From Alphaproteobacteria bacterium (lineage in GTDB: Bacteria > Pseudomonadota > Alphaproteobacteria > Bin95), in NCBI GenBank assembly GCA_965205265.1, contig CBDBGH010000003.1, positions 2,688,001-2,752,000 on the forward strand: a stretch of DNA of 64,000 bases. The letters are read 5' to 3'. This document shows positions 45,523-55,139 of this stretch, one piece after another (the stretch's first letter is position 1; the number at the start of each line of letters is the position of its first letter). The notes beneath the pieces were generated by a model. That model ran no database searches and was not told the origin of the DNA. It saw only the letters and a program-made list of their open reading frames with translations. Both the position numbers and the translations under genes were made by a program.

Positions 45523-47187
45523 TCATGCCGCCCCCTTCCAGCCATAGTCGCTGCGGGCCGCCGCCTCGCTGACGAGTCCGTCCTCCATATCCGCCGCCAC
45601 GGCTTCGCGCGCGCGGCCCCCGGAGGGTCCGTGCCCGCCGCCGCCCGGCGTGTGGACGACGAGCCGTTCGCCGGCGGGAATCGTCTGCGTGCCCTTGCCC
45701 TTCAGCCGGGTTCCCGACGCCAGGAAGACCGCGCCCGGCTCGCCGCCGCCGCCGCCGGCCCGCCCCCGCGCCGGGTTCTCGATGCGCTCGAAGGCCGCCA
45801 GCAACTCCATGTCCCTGCCATTGGCGGCTTCGACCTCGATGGTCTGGCCCGCCCCGCCGCGCCAGGTTCCGGGGCCGGCCGAGTCGATGCGCAGCTCCTT
45901 CCTGCGGAACAGCACCGGCGTCATCGTCTCGACGATCTCCACCGGCGTGCCCTTCACCCCGCTCGGATAGGCCGTGCCGTTCAGGCCGTCCTTCACGCCG
46001 CGCGCGCCGGTGCCCCCGTTGGTGACGGCGGTGAAGGCGAACAGGCTGCGCTCGTTCGAGCCGCGTTCGGCCTCGCCCCGGAAGGTGAGGTTCCAGAGCG
46101 ACGAGGCGCCCTCCGCCGGCACGCGCTCAGGCACCACTTTCTCCAGGCAGCCGAACACGACATCCGGCAGAAGCTGGCCGATGAGATGGCGGGCGCAAAC
46201 GGCCGCCGGATAGGGCGCATTGAGGATGGAGCGTTCCGGGGCCGTCACCCGGAAGGCGGAGAGCGAGCCCGCATTGTTCGGCACGCCCGGCGCGATCGCG
46301 CAGCCGAGCCCGAAGCTGGTGTAGGCGGTGGTGTAGGCGCTCGGCACATTGACGCCGTAGCGCGACATGGGCGAGGTGCCGTCGTAATCGACATGGATGC
46401 CGTCGCCGCCGATCTCGAGCGTGGCGACCAGGTCTATCGGCCGGTCGTAGCCGTCCACGGTCATCGTGTTGCGATACTTGCCCTTCGGCAGTTCGGCGAT
46501 TTCCGCAAGGACGGCGCGGCGGGAGCTGGAGACGATGTATTCGCCGAGCTCGTCCAGGTCCTCCAGGCCGAACTCGTCCATCATCTCGACCAGGCGCACG
46601 CAGCCCACCTCGTTGCAGGCGGCGAGCGAATAGACATCGCCCTCGCACTCCACCGGCTCGCGGGTGTTGCGCCGGACCATCGCCATGAGGGTGTTGTCGA
46701 TCTTTCCCCGGTCGGCGAGCTTCAGCATCGGGATGTAGAGCCCCTCCATATGCACATCGGTCGCGTCCGGGCCGGTGCCGATGCCGCCTATGTCGGTCAG
46801 ATGCGAGGTGCAGGAGAACATGCCGACGATCCGGCCCCGGCGGAAACAGGGCGTTGTCAGCACGAAGTCGTTGAGGTGTCCCGTGCCCAGCCAGGGATCG
46901 TTGGTGATGTAGATGTCGCCCTCGTTCATTTCCGCAATCGGGAAGTGGCGGATGAAGTGCTGCACGGACTCAGCCATCGAATTGACATGGCCCGGCGTGC
47001 CCGTCACCGCCTGGGCCAGCATCCGGCCCTTCAGGTCGAACACGCCGGCCGAAAGGTCTCCGCATTCGCGCACGATGGGGCTGAACGCCGTTCTCAGCAG
47101 CGTCTGCGCCTGCTCCTCGACCACCGAGATCAGGCGGTTCCACATCACCTGCCTGGTTATGACATCGAGTCCGTCTCTCTTCGCCAT
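45523..47187 (-). CDS. Hydantoinase B/oxoprolinase family protein
   Basis: RTAFSPIVRE.GD, NDPWLGTGHLND, DSAGPG.WRGG, TPGGGGHG. Confidence 0.92.
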   Translation of the reverse strand: MAKRDGLDVITRQVMWNRLISVVEEQAQTLLRTAFSPIVRECGDLSAGVFDLKGRMLAQAVTGTPGHVNSMAESVQHFIRHFPIAEMNEGDIYITNDPWLGTGHLNDFVLTTPCFRRGRIVGMFSCTSHLTDIGGIGTGPDATDVHMEGLYIPMLKLADRGKIDNTLMAMVRRNTREPVECEGDVYSLAACNEVGCVRLVEMMDEFGLEDLDELGEYIVSSSRRAVLAEIAELPKGKYRNTMTVDGYDRPIDLVATLEIGGDGIHVDYDGTSPMSRYGVNVPSAYTTAYTSFGLGCAIAPGVPNNAGSLSAFRVTAPERSILNAPYPAAVCARHLIGQLLPDVVFGCLEKVVPERVPAEGASSLWNLTFRGEAERGSNERSLFAFTAVTNGGTGARGVKDGLNGTAYPSGVKGTPVEIVETMTPVLFRRKELRIDSAGPGTWRGGAGQTIEVEAANGRDMELLAAFERIENPARGRAGGGGGEPGAVFLASGTRLKGKGTQTIPAGERLVVHTPGGGGHGPSGGRAREAVAADMEDGLVSEAAARSDYGWKGAA

Positions 47188-47198
47188 CGCCCGATCCC

Positions 47199-49283
47199 TC
47201 AAGCCTGTCTTTCCAGCACGATATTGCCCCCCGGCGCGAGCATGGCCCGGAATGTCCGGGAAACGAAGGTCGAAGTCTGCTCTTCGACGATCAGCGCCGG
47301 GCCGTCCAGCCCGTCGCCCGCGGCAAGGTCCGCGCGCCGGTAGAGCGGCACCCGCGCCGCCTCGCCGCTTTCCGTGTCGAACATGCTGCGCCAGGCGGCC
47401 GGTTCCGCCGAAGCCGGCGCAGGCGCCCGGCCGTCGGGGGCGGGCATCGCCTCCTCCGTGGAAACCGTCAGGCCCCAGGACAGCACCTCGACATCGGCGT
47501 CCGGAATGGTCCGCTTGAACAGCCGCTCGTATTCGCGGTCATAGGCCGCCTGCAGGACCCGCCCATCATCGGGCCCGAGATGCTCCGCTTCGACCGCCAC
47601 GGCGATCTCGTGCCCCTGCCCGAGATAGCGCATATAGGCAACGCGGCGCTCGGCGAGCGCCGCGCCGAACGCCCCGGATTCCACGACGGTGCGGGCTTCG
47701 CGGCGCATGTCGGCCATGAGCTCGTTCACGGCGTCCGCATCGAGGGCCGAGAGGCGCATGTTGAGGCTGCGCACGACCTCATAGGCGACCGGGGCCCGGA
47801 GGAAGCCGATGGCGGACCCGACCCCGGCATCGACCGGCACGACGATCCGCCGGATGCCGAGCTTCTCCGCAATCCGGCAGGCATGGAGCGGTGCGGCGCC
47901 GCCGAAGGCGATGATCGTCTGCTCGGCCGCGACCTTGCCCTCCTCGACCGCCAGCACCCGCGCCGCGTTCGACATGTTCTCATCGACGATTTCGACGATG
48001 CCCTGCGCCGCCTGCGACCGGTCGAGCTCCAGCGGCGCGCCGACGCTGCGGCCCACCGCCGCGCCCGAAAGCTCGGGCCGGAGTTCGATGCGCCCGCCGG
48101 CGAAACCCGCCGGGTCGATGCGGCCGAGCACGATGTCGGCGTCGGTAACGGTCGCGTCGGTTCCGCTGCGGTTATATCCCGCCGGTCCGGGCTCCGCGCC
48201 GGCGCTCTCCGGCCCCACGGCAATCCGGCCGAGCCGGTCCACGCGGGCGATGGAGCCGCCGCCCGCGCCGATCTCCACCATCTCGATCACCGGGATGCGG
48301 AGCGGCAGGCCGCTGCCCTTCATGAAGCGGGCCTGGCGGTCGATCTCGAATTCGCGCGCGCGCCTCGGCTCCAGGTTCTCGATGAAGCAGATCTTCGCTG
48401 TGGTGCCGCCCATGTCGAAGGACATGACCTTGTCGAGGCCGGCGCGCGCGGCGATGTCGCGCGCCAGCAGCACCCCGCCGGCCGGCCCGGACTCGACCAG
48501 CCGGACCGGCTGGCGCCGCGCCGTCTCGACGGTCGTGAGGCCGCCGCCGGATGTCATGAGCAGCATCGGGCAGACGATGCCGATCCCGGCCAGCATCCCG
48601 TCCAGACGCGCGAGATAGCCTTCCATCAGCGGGCGGACATAGGCATTCACGCTCGCCGTGGTGAAGCGCTCATATTCCCTGACTTCCGGACATACCTCGG
48701 AGGCCAGCGTCACCGAAAGCTCCGGCAGGGCCTCGCGGAGAATCGTTTCCACCCGCCGCTCATGCACCGGATTGGCGTAGGCGTGGAGGAACCCGACCGC
48801 CACGCTCTCGATCCGCGCGGCGGAGAGCGCCGGGGCGAGCGCCTGCACGGCCTCCTCGTCGAGCGGCACGAGAACGCCGCCCCTGGCATCGACGCGCTCC
48901 GGCACGGTGAAGCGCAGCCGGCGCGGCACGATGGGCTGCACCTTCTCGATCATCAGGTCGTACTGGTCGTACCGGGTCTCGTAGCCGACCTCGAGAATGT
49001 CGCGGAAACCTTCCGTCGTGATGAGCGCGGTGCGCGCGCCGCGCCGTTCGAGCACGGCGTTGGTGGCGAGCGTCGTGCCGTGCAGCACGAGCCCGACATC
49101 GCCGGCCTCAAGGCCCGCCTTGCGCAGCACTTCCCGCAGGGCCTCGATGACGCCCGCTTCCGGCGCGCGCGGCGTGGTCAGCACCTTGGCCGAGGTCCGC
49201 ATCCCGCCGGCTTCCAGCACGACATCCGTGAAGGTCCCGCCGACATCGATGCCGACCCTGCACCGGCTTTCCATCTCACTCAT
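47199..49283 (-). CDS. Hydantoinase A/oxoprolinase family protein
   Basis: GIDVGGTFTD, HGTTLATN, ESGPAGG, DMGGTT, GAGGGSIA, MRYLGQGHE. Confidence 0.93.
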   Translation of the reverse strand: MSEMESRCRVGIDVGGTFTDVVLEAGGMRTSAKVLTTPRAPEAGVIEALREVLRKAGLEAGDVGLVLHGTTLATNAVLERRGARTALITTEGFRDILEVGYETRYDQYDLMIEKVQPIVPRRLRFTVPERVDARGGVLVPLDEEAVQALAPALSAARIESVAVGFLHAYANPVHERRVETILREALPELSVTLASEVCPEVREYERFTTASVNAYVRPLMEGYLARLDGMLAGIGIVCPMLLMTSGGGLTTVETARRQPVRLVESGPAGGVLLARDIAARAGLDKVMSFDMGGTTAKICFIENLEPRRAREFEIDRQARFMKGSGLPLRIPVIEMVEIGAGGGSIARVDRLGRIAVGPESAGAEPGPAGYNRSGTDATVTDADIVLGRIDPAGFAGGRIELRPELSGAAVGRSVGAPLELDRSQAAQGIVEIVDENMSNAARVLAVEEGKVAAEQTIIAFGGAAPLHACRIAEKLGIRRIVVPVDAGVGSAIGFLRAPVAYEVVRSLNMRLSALDADAVNELMADMRREARTVVESGAFGAALAERRVAYMRYLGQGHEIAVAVEAEHLGPDDGRVLQAAYDREYERLFKRTIPDADVEVLSWGLTVSTEEAMPAPDGRAPAPASAEPAAWRSMFDTESGEAARVPLYRRADLAAGDGLDGPALIVEEQTSTFVSRTFRAMLAPGGNIVLERQA

Positions 49284-49388
49284 AAGGATATGCTTTCGCT
49301 GCCCGATCCTGCCCCGGACTGCGCCGCCCGGACCGCATGACGCCCGCCCAAGGATAGCGCAAGCGGCCCGCTTGCAAACCGCGTGCGC

Positions 49389-50135
49389 TCAGTGGTCGCT
49401 GAACAGGCTGCCGCAGCCGTATATCCGGTCGTCGAATCCGTTCGCGCGGTAGGCGTGCCAGGCGAGCGCGGCGTTGACCGCGACCACCGGCTTGCCGAGC
49501 CAGCCTTCCGCCTCCGCCGCGAGCCGCACCATGGAAAGGTTGGTGCCCACCTGCAGGATTGCATCCACGTCCGGTCCGTCGATCCCGCGCAGCGCGCCGC
49601 GCAACTCGTCCGGCGTCACCGCCGCGATGGCCGTGGCGCTCGGACATTCCAGATCGACGGAGCGGACCACCGGGAAGCCGGACTCCTCGAAATAGCGGAC
49701 GATCTGTTCGCGCATGACCGGCTGGTAGGGAGAGAGCACGGCGATCCGCCGCGCGCCCAGCGCCTCGAGCGCCGCACTGCACGCCTCCCCGCCCGTGGTC
49801 ACGCCGAGCCCGCAAAGCTTGCGGGCGCGTTCGAGGAACGCCGCGCCGCCCTCGCGCCCGCCCCAGAAGGTCGGCGCCGACATGCCCATCACCAGATAGT
49901 CCGGCTCGCAGGTCATCGCGTCGCGGACGGCCGTTTCGAAGGCCCGGTCCACCTGGCCGAGCAGCCGCTCGAAGGCGTCGTCCGAGTCGAGCGCCGGGTT
50001 CTCGAAATACATCCGCCCCGCCTGGAAAGTGACGCCCGGAATGCGGAAGAGATGGTTGAAATCGGCTTCCACCATTGCGTTGGTGGACGGCACGATGACC
50101 GCGATCTTGGCGCGGAATCCGGCGACATCGGGCAT
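49389..50135 (-). CDS. Asp/Glu racemase superfamily (maleate isomerase/arylmalonate decarboxylase-like) protein
   Basis: VIVPSTN..VE.DF, IAVLSPY, QVGTNL, KPVVAVN. Confidence 0.85.
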   Translation of the reverse strand: MPDVAGFRAKIAVIVPSTNAMVEADFNHLFRIPGVTFQAGRMYFENPALDSDDAFERLLGQVDRAFETAVRDAMTCEPDYLVMGMSAPTFWGGREGGAAFLERARKLCGLGVTTGGEACSAALEALGARRIAVLSPYQPVMREQIVRYFEESGFPVVRSVDLECPSATAIAAVTPDELRGALRGIDGPDVDAILQVGTNLSMVRLAAEAEGWLGKPVVAVNAALAWHAYRANGFDDRIYGCGSLFSDH

Positions 50136-50315
50136 GGCGGTCGGGGCGCCTCCTCGGCGGGCGGTGCGGCGGTGCGGTTCCGGGCCGGACCATCGCAGGA
50201 AGGCCGGCCTTCCGCCAGCCCGGCGGCATGGCGGCACAATCGTCCATGTATTAAGGTTCCTGCGGAATCGCCGGTCCGGAACGGGGCGGCGCTTCCGTCA
50301 GCGGGAGGAGAGGCG

Positions 50316-51212
50316 ATGTCCGACGGTATCGTTTTCATCGACGGCGAATACATGGCTCCGGAAGACGCCACGATGTCGGTTTTCGATGTCGGGTTCGTCT
50401 GGGGGGATTGTGTTTATGACGTGACCTCCACCTGGAACGGCTGGTTCTTCATGCTCGACGAGCATCTGGAGCGGTTCCAGCGTTCCTGCGAGGGCTTTCG
50501 TCTGGAGAATCCCTACTCCTTCGAGGAAATGCGCCGCATCTGCGCTGAGTGTGTGGAGCGCACGGGGCTCGCAAACACCTATGTGAAGATGCAGGTCTCG
50601 CGCGGCGTGCCGCCGCCCGGCGTCCGGGACCCTCGCGGGCTGAAGCCCATCGTCCTGGTGTACGCCGTGCCCTATGTGTGGATATGGGGCGAGGACAAGT
50701 GCCGCAACGGCGCGACCCTCTATGTAAGCGGCGTCGAGCGGGTGTCGTCGAAGGCCATCGACCAGCGCTTCAAGAACTACAACCGGGCCGACCTCGTACA
50801 GGCGCGCCTCGAGGCCTACGACAATGACTGCGACGACGCCATCCTCGCAGGCCCCGACGGCTTCCTCTCGGAGGGGCCGGGCTTCAACGTCTTCGTCGTG
50901 CAGGACGGCAGGGTGGCGAGCCCCGACTACAATGTGCTGGAAGGCATCACGCGGCGGTCGGTGCGGGAGATCTGCGAGCGCGAGGGCATCCCCTTCGAGC
51001 TGCGCAAGATCCGCCCCGAGGAGCTCGAAGAGGCAGGCGAGGTGTTCACCAGCACCACCGCGGGCGGGGTCATGCCGATTACCGGGGTCAACGGCAAGAC
51101 GGTCGGCAACGGCCATGCCGGCATCGTCACCAGCCGCATCCAGTCGATCTACTGGAGCGAGCGCGCGGCGGGCTGGCACGGCGTCAGGCCGGGCGACATC
51201 CTCGCCGCCTGA
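50316..51212 (+). CDS. Aminotransferase class IV (BCAT/D-amino acid/amine transaminase-like)
   Basis: FDVGFVWGD.VYD, KNYN, EGPGFNVF, LEGITR, TSTTAGG. Confidence 0.9.
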   Translation: MSDGIVFIDGEYMAPEDATMSVFDVGFVWGDCVYDVTSTWNGWFFMLDEHLERFQRSCEGFRLENPYSFEEMRRICAECVERTGLANTYVKMQVSRGVPPPGVRDPRGLKPIVLVYAVPYVWIWGEDKCRNGATLYVSGVERVSSKAIDQRFKNYNRADLVQARLEAYDNDCDDAILAGPDGFLSEGPGFNVFVVQDGRVASPDYNVLEGITRRSVREICEREGIPFELRKIRPEELEEAGEVFTSTTAGGVMPITGVNGKTVGNGHAGIVTSRIQSIYWSERAAGWHGVRPGDILAA

Positions 51213-51217
51213 ACGGC

Positions 51218-52780
51218 ATGGAGGGCGTTCCCCGCTCGGCAAGCGATTACGACGAGGCGTTCGATGTCGTCGTGGTCGGCTACGGTTTCGCCGGGTCCGT
51301 TTCGGCGCTGGAGGCGGCGCGCGCCGGCGCGCGGGTGCTGCTGATCGAGAAGACCGGCGTGCCGGGCGGCATCTCCATCTGCTCCTATGGGTCGGTGCGC
51401 TGCGCCCTCGACGCCGGGAAAGCCTACAGCTACCTGGCCGCGACCAATGGCGGGCGGACGCCTGACAATGTGAACCGCGTGCTCGCCGACGGCATGGCCG
51501 GGCTGGAGCCTTATGTGCGGGACCTTGCCAGGGTCAACGATGCGGAGATCGGCACCAGCGTCGAGGCCGGCAAGGCCGGCGGCAACTACCCGCTGCCGGG
51601 GTTCGACACCTTCTATCACACGACCGTTCACGCGGTGCCGAACTTCGACGCCCGCGCCGTCTATCCCTGGGCTAACGGGGCGCCGGGCGGGCCGATGCTG
51701 TTCAAGATACTCGACGACAATCTTGCGAACGAGGATGTCGCGATCCGGCTGAACACGCGCGGGCTGCGCCTGCTGACCTCGGAAGACGGGTCCGAAGTGC
51801 GCGGCATTACCGTCGAGGGACGGGACAGCATCCGCCATGTCAAGGCGCGGCGAGGCGTCATCCTCGCGTCGGGCGGGTTCGAGGGCAATGCCGAGAGGCA
51901 GGACCAGTTCTGGGAGGGCCGGCCCGTCCTGCCGGCCGCGGCCCGGCACAACACCGGCGACGGCATCGCCATGGCCCAGGACCTCGGCGCCGAGCTCTGG
52001 CACATGTGGCATTTCCACGGCGCCTACGGCTTCCGCAGCGCCGACCCGGACTACCCCTACGGCATAAGGGTCAAGCGCCTGCCGGACTGGCGCCCGGCCC
52101 AATCCGGCGAACATGACGACCCCGGCGTGAAGATGGCCTGGATCCTGCTGGACCGCGACGGGCGGCGCTACATGAACGAATACCTGCCCTACACCCACGA
52201 CACCGGCCACCGGCAGATGCAGTTCTACGACACGGTGCGGCAGGACTATCCGCGCATCCCGAGCGCCATGATCTGCGACGAGAACGGCCGCCGGCTCTAC
52301 CCGCTCGGCCAGCCCACCTCCAACGACGAGGGCATCCGGCTGGACTGGAGCGAGGACAATCTGGCGGAAGTGGAGTCGGGCGCGCTCAAGCGGGCGGGCA
52401 CGGTGGGCGCGCTTGCCGCCGCGCTCGGCCTCGACCCCGCCGCCGCGGAGGCCAGCGTCGCGCGCTGGAACGAGCTCTGCGCGGCCGGGCGCGACGGGGA
52501 TTTCGGCCGTCCGCCCGGAACCATGACGCCCATCGACACGCCGCCCTTCTACGGCGCGCCGATATGGCCGGTGGTGTCGAACACCCAGGGCGGGCCGGTC
52601 CACGATGCCGGCCAGCGGATCGTCAATGTGTTCGGCGCGCCGATCCCGAGGCTCTACGCAGCGGGCGAACTCGGCAGCGCCTTCGGCCACCTCTACCTCT
52701 CCGGCGGCAACATCGCCGAATGCTTCGTCTCCGGCCGCATCGCCGGCGCCGGCGCGGCGGCGCTTCCCGGCTGGGAATAG
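51218..52780 (+). CDS. FAD-binding oxidoreductase (SdhA/FrdA/TcuA-like flavoprotein)
   Basis: VVVVGYGFAG, ILASGGFE, NTGDG, NTQGG, LYAAGE, GRIAG. Confidence 0.85.
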   Translation: MEGVPRSASDYDEAFDVVVVGYGFAGSVSALEAARAGARVLLIEKTGVPGGISICSYGSVRCALDAGKAYSYLAATNGGRTPDNVNRVLADGMAGLEPYVRDLARVNDAEIGTSVEAGKAGGNYPLPGFDTFYHTTVHAVPNFDARAVYPWANGAPGGPMLFKILDDNLANEDVAIRLNTRGLRLLTSEDGSEVRGITVEGRDSIRHVKARRGVILASGGFEGNAERQDQFWEGRPVLPAAARHNTGDGIAMAQDLGAELWHMWHFHGAYGFRSADPDYPYGIRVKRLPDWRPAQSGEHDDPGVKMAWILLDRDGRRYMNEYLPYTHDTGHRQMQFYDTVRQDYPRIPSAMICDENGRRLYPLGQPTSNDEGIRLDWSEDNLAEVESGALKRAGTVGALAAALGLDPAAAEASVARWNELCAAGRDGDFGRPPGTMTPIDTPPFYGAPIWPVVSNTQGGPVHDAGQRIVNVFGAPIPRLYAAGELGSAFGHLYLSGGNIAECFVSGRIAGAGAAALPGWE

Positions 52781-52788
52781 CCCGCCGC

Positions 52789-53891
52789 TCAACTCTCGAA
52801 CGGCGCGGAGTCGGCGAAGCGGTCGAGGACGTTCTGTGTGATGCGCGAGATGTTGTTGTCGTAATTGTTGTGGGAGAGGCTGCCGCAATAGGTGATGGAG
52901 CCGACGGAGAAGACGGCCCCGCCCGCGGCGGTCTCGAAGAACGCCAGGTTCGAGCGGACCAGCGCCTCGGGCGGCTCGCCCGGCCAGGTGACGAGATGGG
53001 TCAGCAGCTCCTCCGGCACCACGACGAAGGTGTCGCCGTGCCGCTCGGAGGTCGCGAGCACGAGCGTGTTCGGCGGCGAGCCGAGGCGCGTGTCCACCCG
53101 GTCCAGCTCGAAGCCGGCCGCGCCCCCGCCAGAGAGGCCGAAATCGCCGAGTATGCGGTCCGGCACGCCCTCGAAGATCCAGGCCGCGCGCGGGTCGTCG
53201 GCGCCGGGGCCGCGCACATAGTATGAGCCGACGAACTGCCCCTGGGCGGAGAAGCCGACGCCTGCGAGCTTCTGCGGCGGGCGGTCGTTGCGCCGCCAGA
53301 GGCCGCCATATTCCCCGTCGAGCGCGTTGTAATACTCGCCGGGCTCCGCCGCCCAGGCGCGGATGCCGCCCTCGCCCCGCCGGATTTCCACGGCGCCGGG
53401 CGCGGCGTCGCTGACCGCCACCCGCCAGTAGAAGCCGTTGCCGCCGAGATACATGAGCCGCCCGCCCTTATCGAGATGGCGCTGGAGCGCGTCCAGCGTG
53501 TTGGCCGTGTGGTATTCGGGATGGGAGCCTGTCAGCACGACGCGGTAGGGCGAAATCAGGTCGTAGCCCTCGCGGTCCAGGTCGTGGTCGGTCACGAGGT
53601 CGAACTCGTAGCCCTTCTCCTCCAGCCAGTCGATGAGGTGGGTGTCGCCCGGATAGTGGCGCAGCCCCGAGCCCGCCTCGTCCAGATAGCTCATATAGCC
53701 GGAGCGCTGCGTCAGCACCGGGCGGCGCTGCGAGGCGAAGCAGATGCCGCTGCCGTCGGTGTGACGGTCATAGGTGGACAGGCCGTACTCCTTGTGGCGG
53801 TCGGCCGTAAGTTTGCGGGCGCCCCACTCCCGCGCCCGCGCCAGATACGCCTCGGTCGTCACGCCCCGCGCATAGTTGCCATACACCGTGT
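52789..53891 (-). pseudogene. N,N-dimethylformamidase large (beta) subunit, C-terminal half; 5' half cut off by element insertion
   Basis: GLSTYD.H.DGSG, TGSHPEY, YLGGNGFYW, GGAAGFELD, VFSVGSI; homology ends abruptly at TVYGN with no RBS. Confidence 0.85.
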
Positions 53892-54011
53892 GCGCACCAA
53901 TGGTGCTAACTATCTGAAATTACGTTGTTTTTTCTCCCGAACAACTGCCATCCGGGGAACTGAATTGCAACTGCCAGTTCCCCAGCTGCCACAGCAGGCG
54001 GGAGAGAAGGC

Positions 54012-55136
54012 ATGCCTGGAACTATCCTTACCGACGCCCGTGTCAGGGCGCTCAAATCCCGCAAGACGGTCCGGGACGTCCGCGACGGCAAGCTCAGGGG
54101 CTTCGGCGTCCGCGTGTCGCCTTCGGGCCGCAAGCGGTTCTTCCTCCAGTGCCAGCACTGCGGCGAGCGCGTCTGGAAGATCGTCGGCGATGCCGGGGCC
54201 ATTAGCGTCGCAGAGGCGCGGTCCGTTGCGGCTGAAATGCTCGCCGCCATCCGGCGCGGGGAGGAGACGCCTGCCTCGCCCGGCGAGGCGCTGTTCGAGG
54301 CTGTCGCCGAGACCGCATTCCGTCGTCGCGAGAGGGTCTGGAAACCGGGCACGCTCTATGTGAACCGCAGCTACCTGCGCAGCCAGCTCCTGCCGCATTT
54401 CGCCGGGCGTCCGATTGCTGACATCGACCGGCAGGAGGTGAGGAACTGGTTCGCCCGCCTGCGCGCGACGCCAGTGGCGGCGGACCGGTCGATGCCGGTG
54501 CTGTCCGTCATCATGAAGGAGGCGGAGGCCATGGGTATGCGCCCGGAAGGCTCCAATCCTTGCCGGGGCGTGCGGCGCTACCGCCGCAAGGGCCGCGAGC
54601 GGTTCCTGTCTGATGACGAGGTCCGCCGCCTGTCCGCGAGGCTCACCGCCCACGAAGTCCGGTTTCCGCAACAATCCGCCTTCATCCGCCTGCTGCTGCT
54701 CACCGGCTGCCGCAAGGGCGAGATGCTGACGCTGCAATGGTCCGACTACCGGGACGGCCACTTGCATCTCCGGGACAGCAAGACCGGTCCCAGAACCGTC
54801 TGGCTGTCCGGGGCGGCCCGGCGCGTTCTTGACAGCCTTGAGCGGCAGGGGCGCTGGGTGTTCCCGGCGGCGCGCGGTGATCGGCCGCGGAGCCTTCGCT
54901 GGCTGGACTATTTCTGGTCCAGGCTGCGCGCCGAGGCGGAACTTGACGACATGCATCTCCACGACCTGCGCCACTCGATGGCGACCATCGCTCTGAGGCA
55001 GGGCGAGACCGTACTGGCGATCAGCCGCCTGCTCGGTCACCGCAAGCCGGAGACGACGCTGAAATACCTCCACCTTCCCGACGCCGCGGTACACGAGGCC
55101 GCCGAGACGGTCGGCGCGGCGCTTGGGGGAGAATGA
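54012..55136 (+). CDS. Tyrosine recombinase 1 with N-terminal arm-binding domain
   Basis: RDGKLRGFGVRV.PSGRK.F; catalytic TGCRKGE, SKTG, HDLRH, LGH, TLKY. Confidence 0.94.
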   Translation: MPGTILTDARVRALKSRKTVRDVRDGKLRGFGVRVSPSGRKRFFLQCQHCGERVWKIVGDAGAISVAEARSVAAEMLAAIRRGEETPASPGEALFEAVAETAFRRRERVWKPGTLYVNRSYLRSQLLPHFAGRPIADIDRQEVRNWFARLRATPVAADRSMPVLSVIMKEAEAMGMRPEGSNPCRGVRRYRRKGRERFLSDDEVRRLSARLTAHEVRFPQQSAFIRLLLLTGCRKGEMLTLQWSDYRDGHLHLRDSKTGPRTVWLSGAARRVLDSLERQGRWVFPAARGDRPRSLRWLDYFWSRLRAEAELDDMHLHDLRHSMATIALRQGETVLAISRLLGHRKPETTLKYLHLPDAAVHEAAETVGAALGGE

Positions 55137-55139
55137 GCC

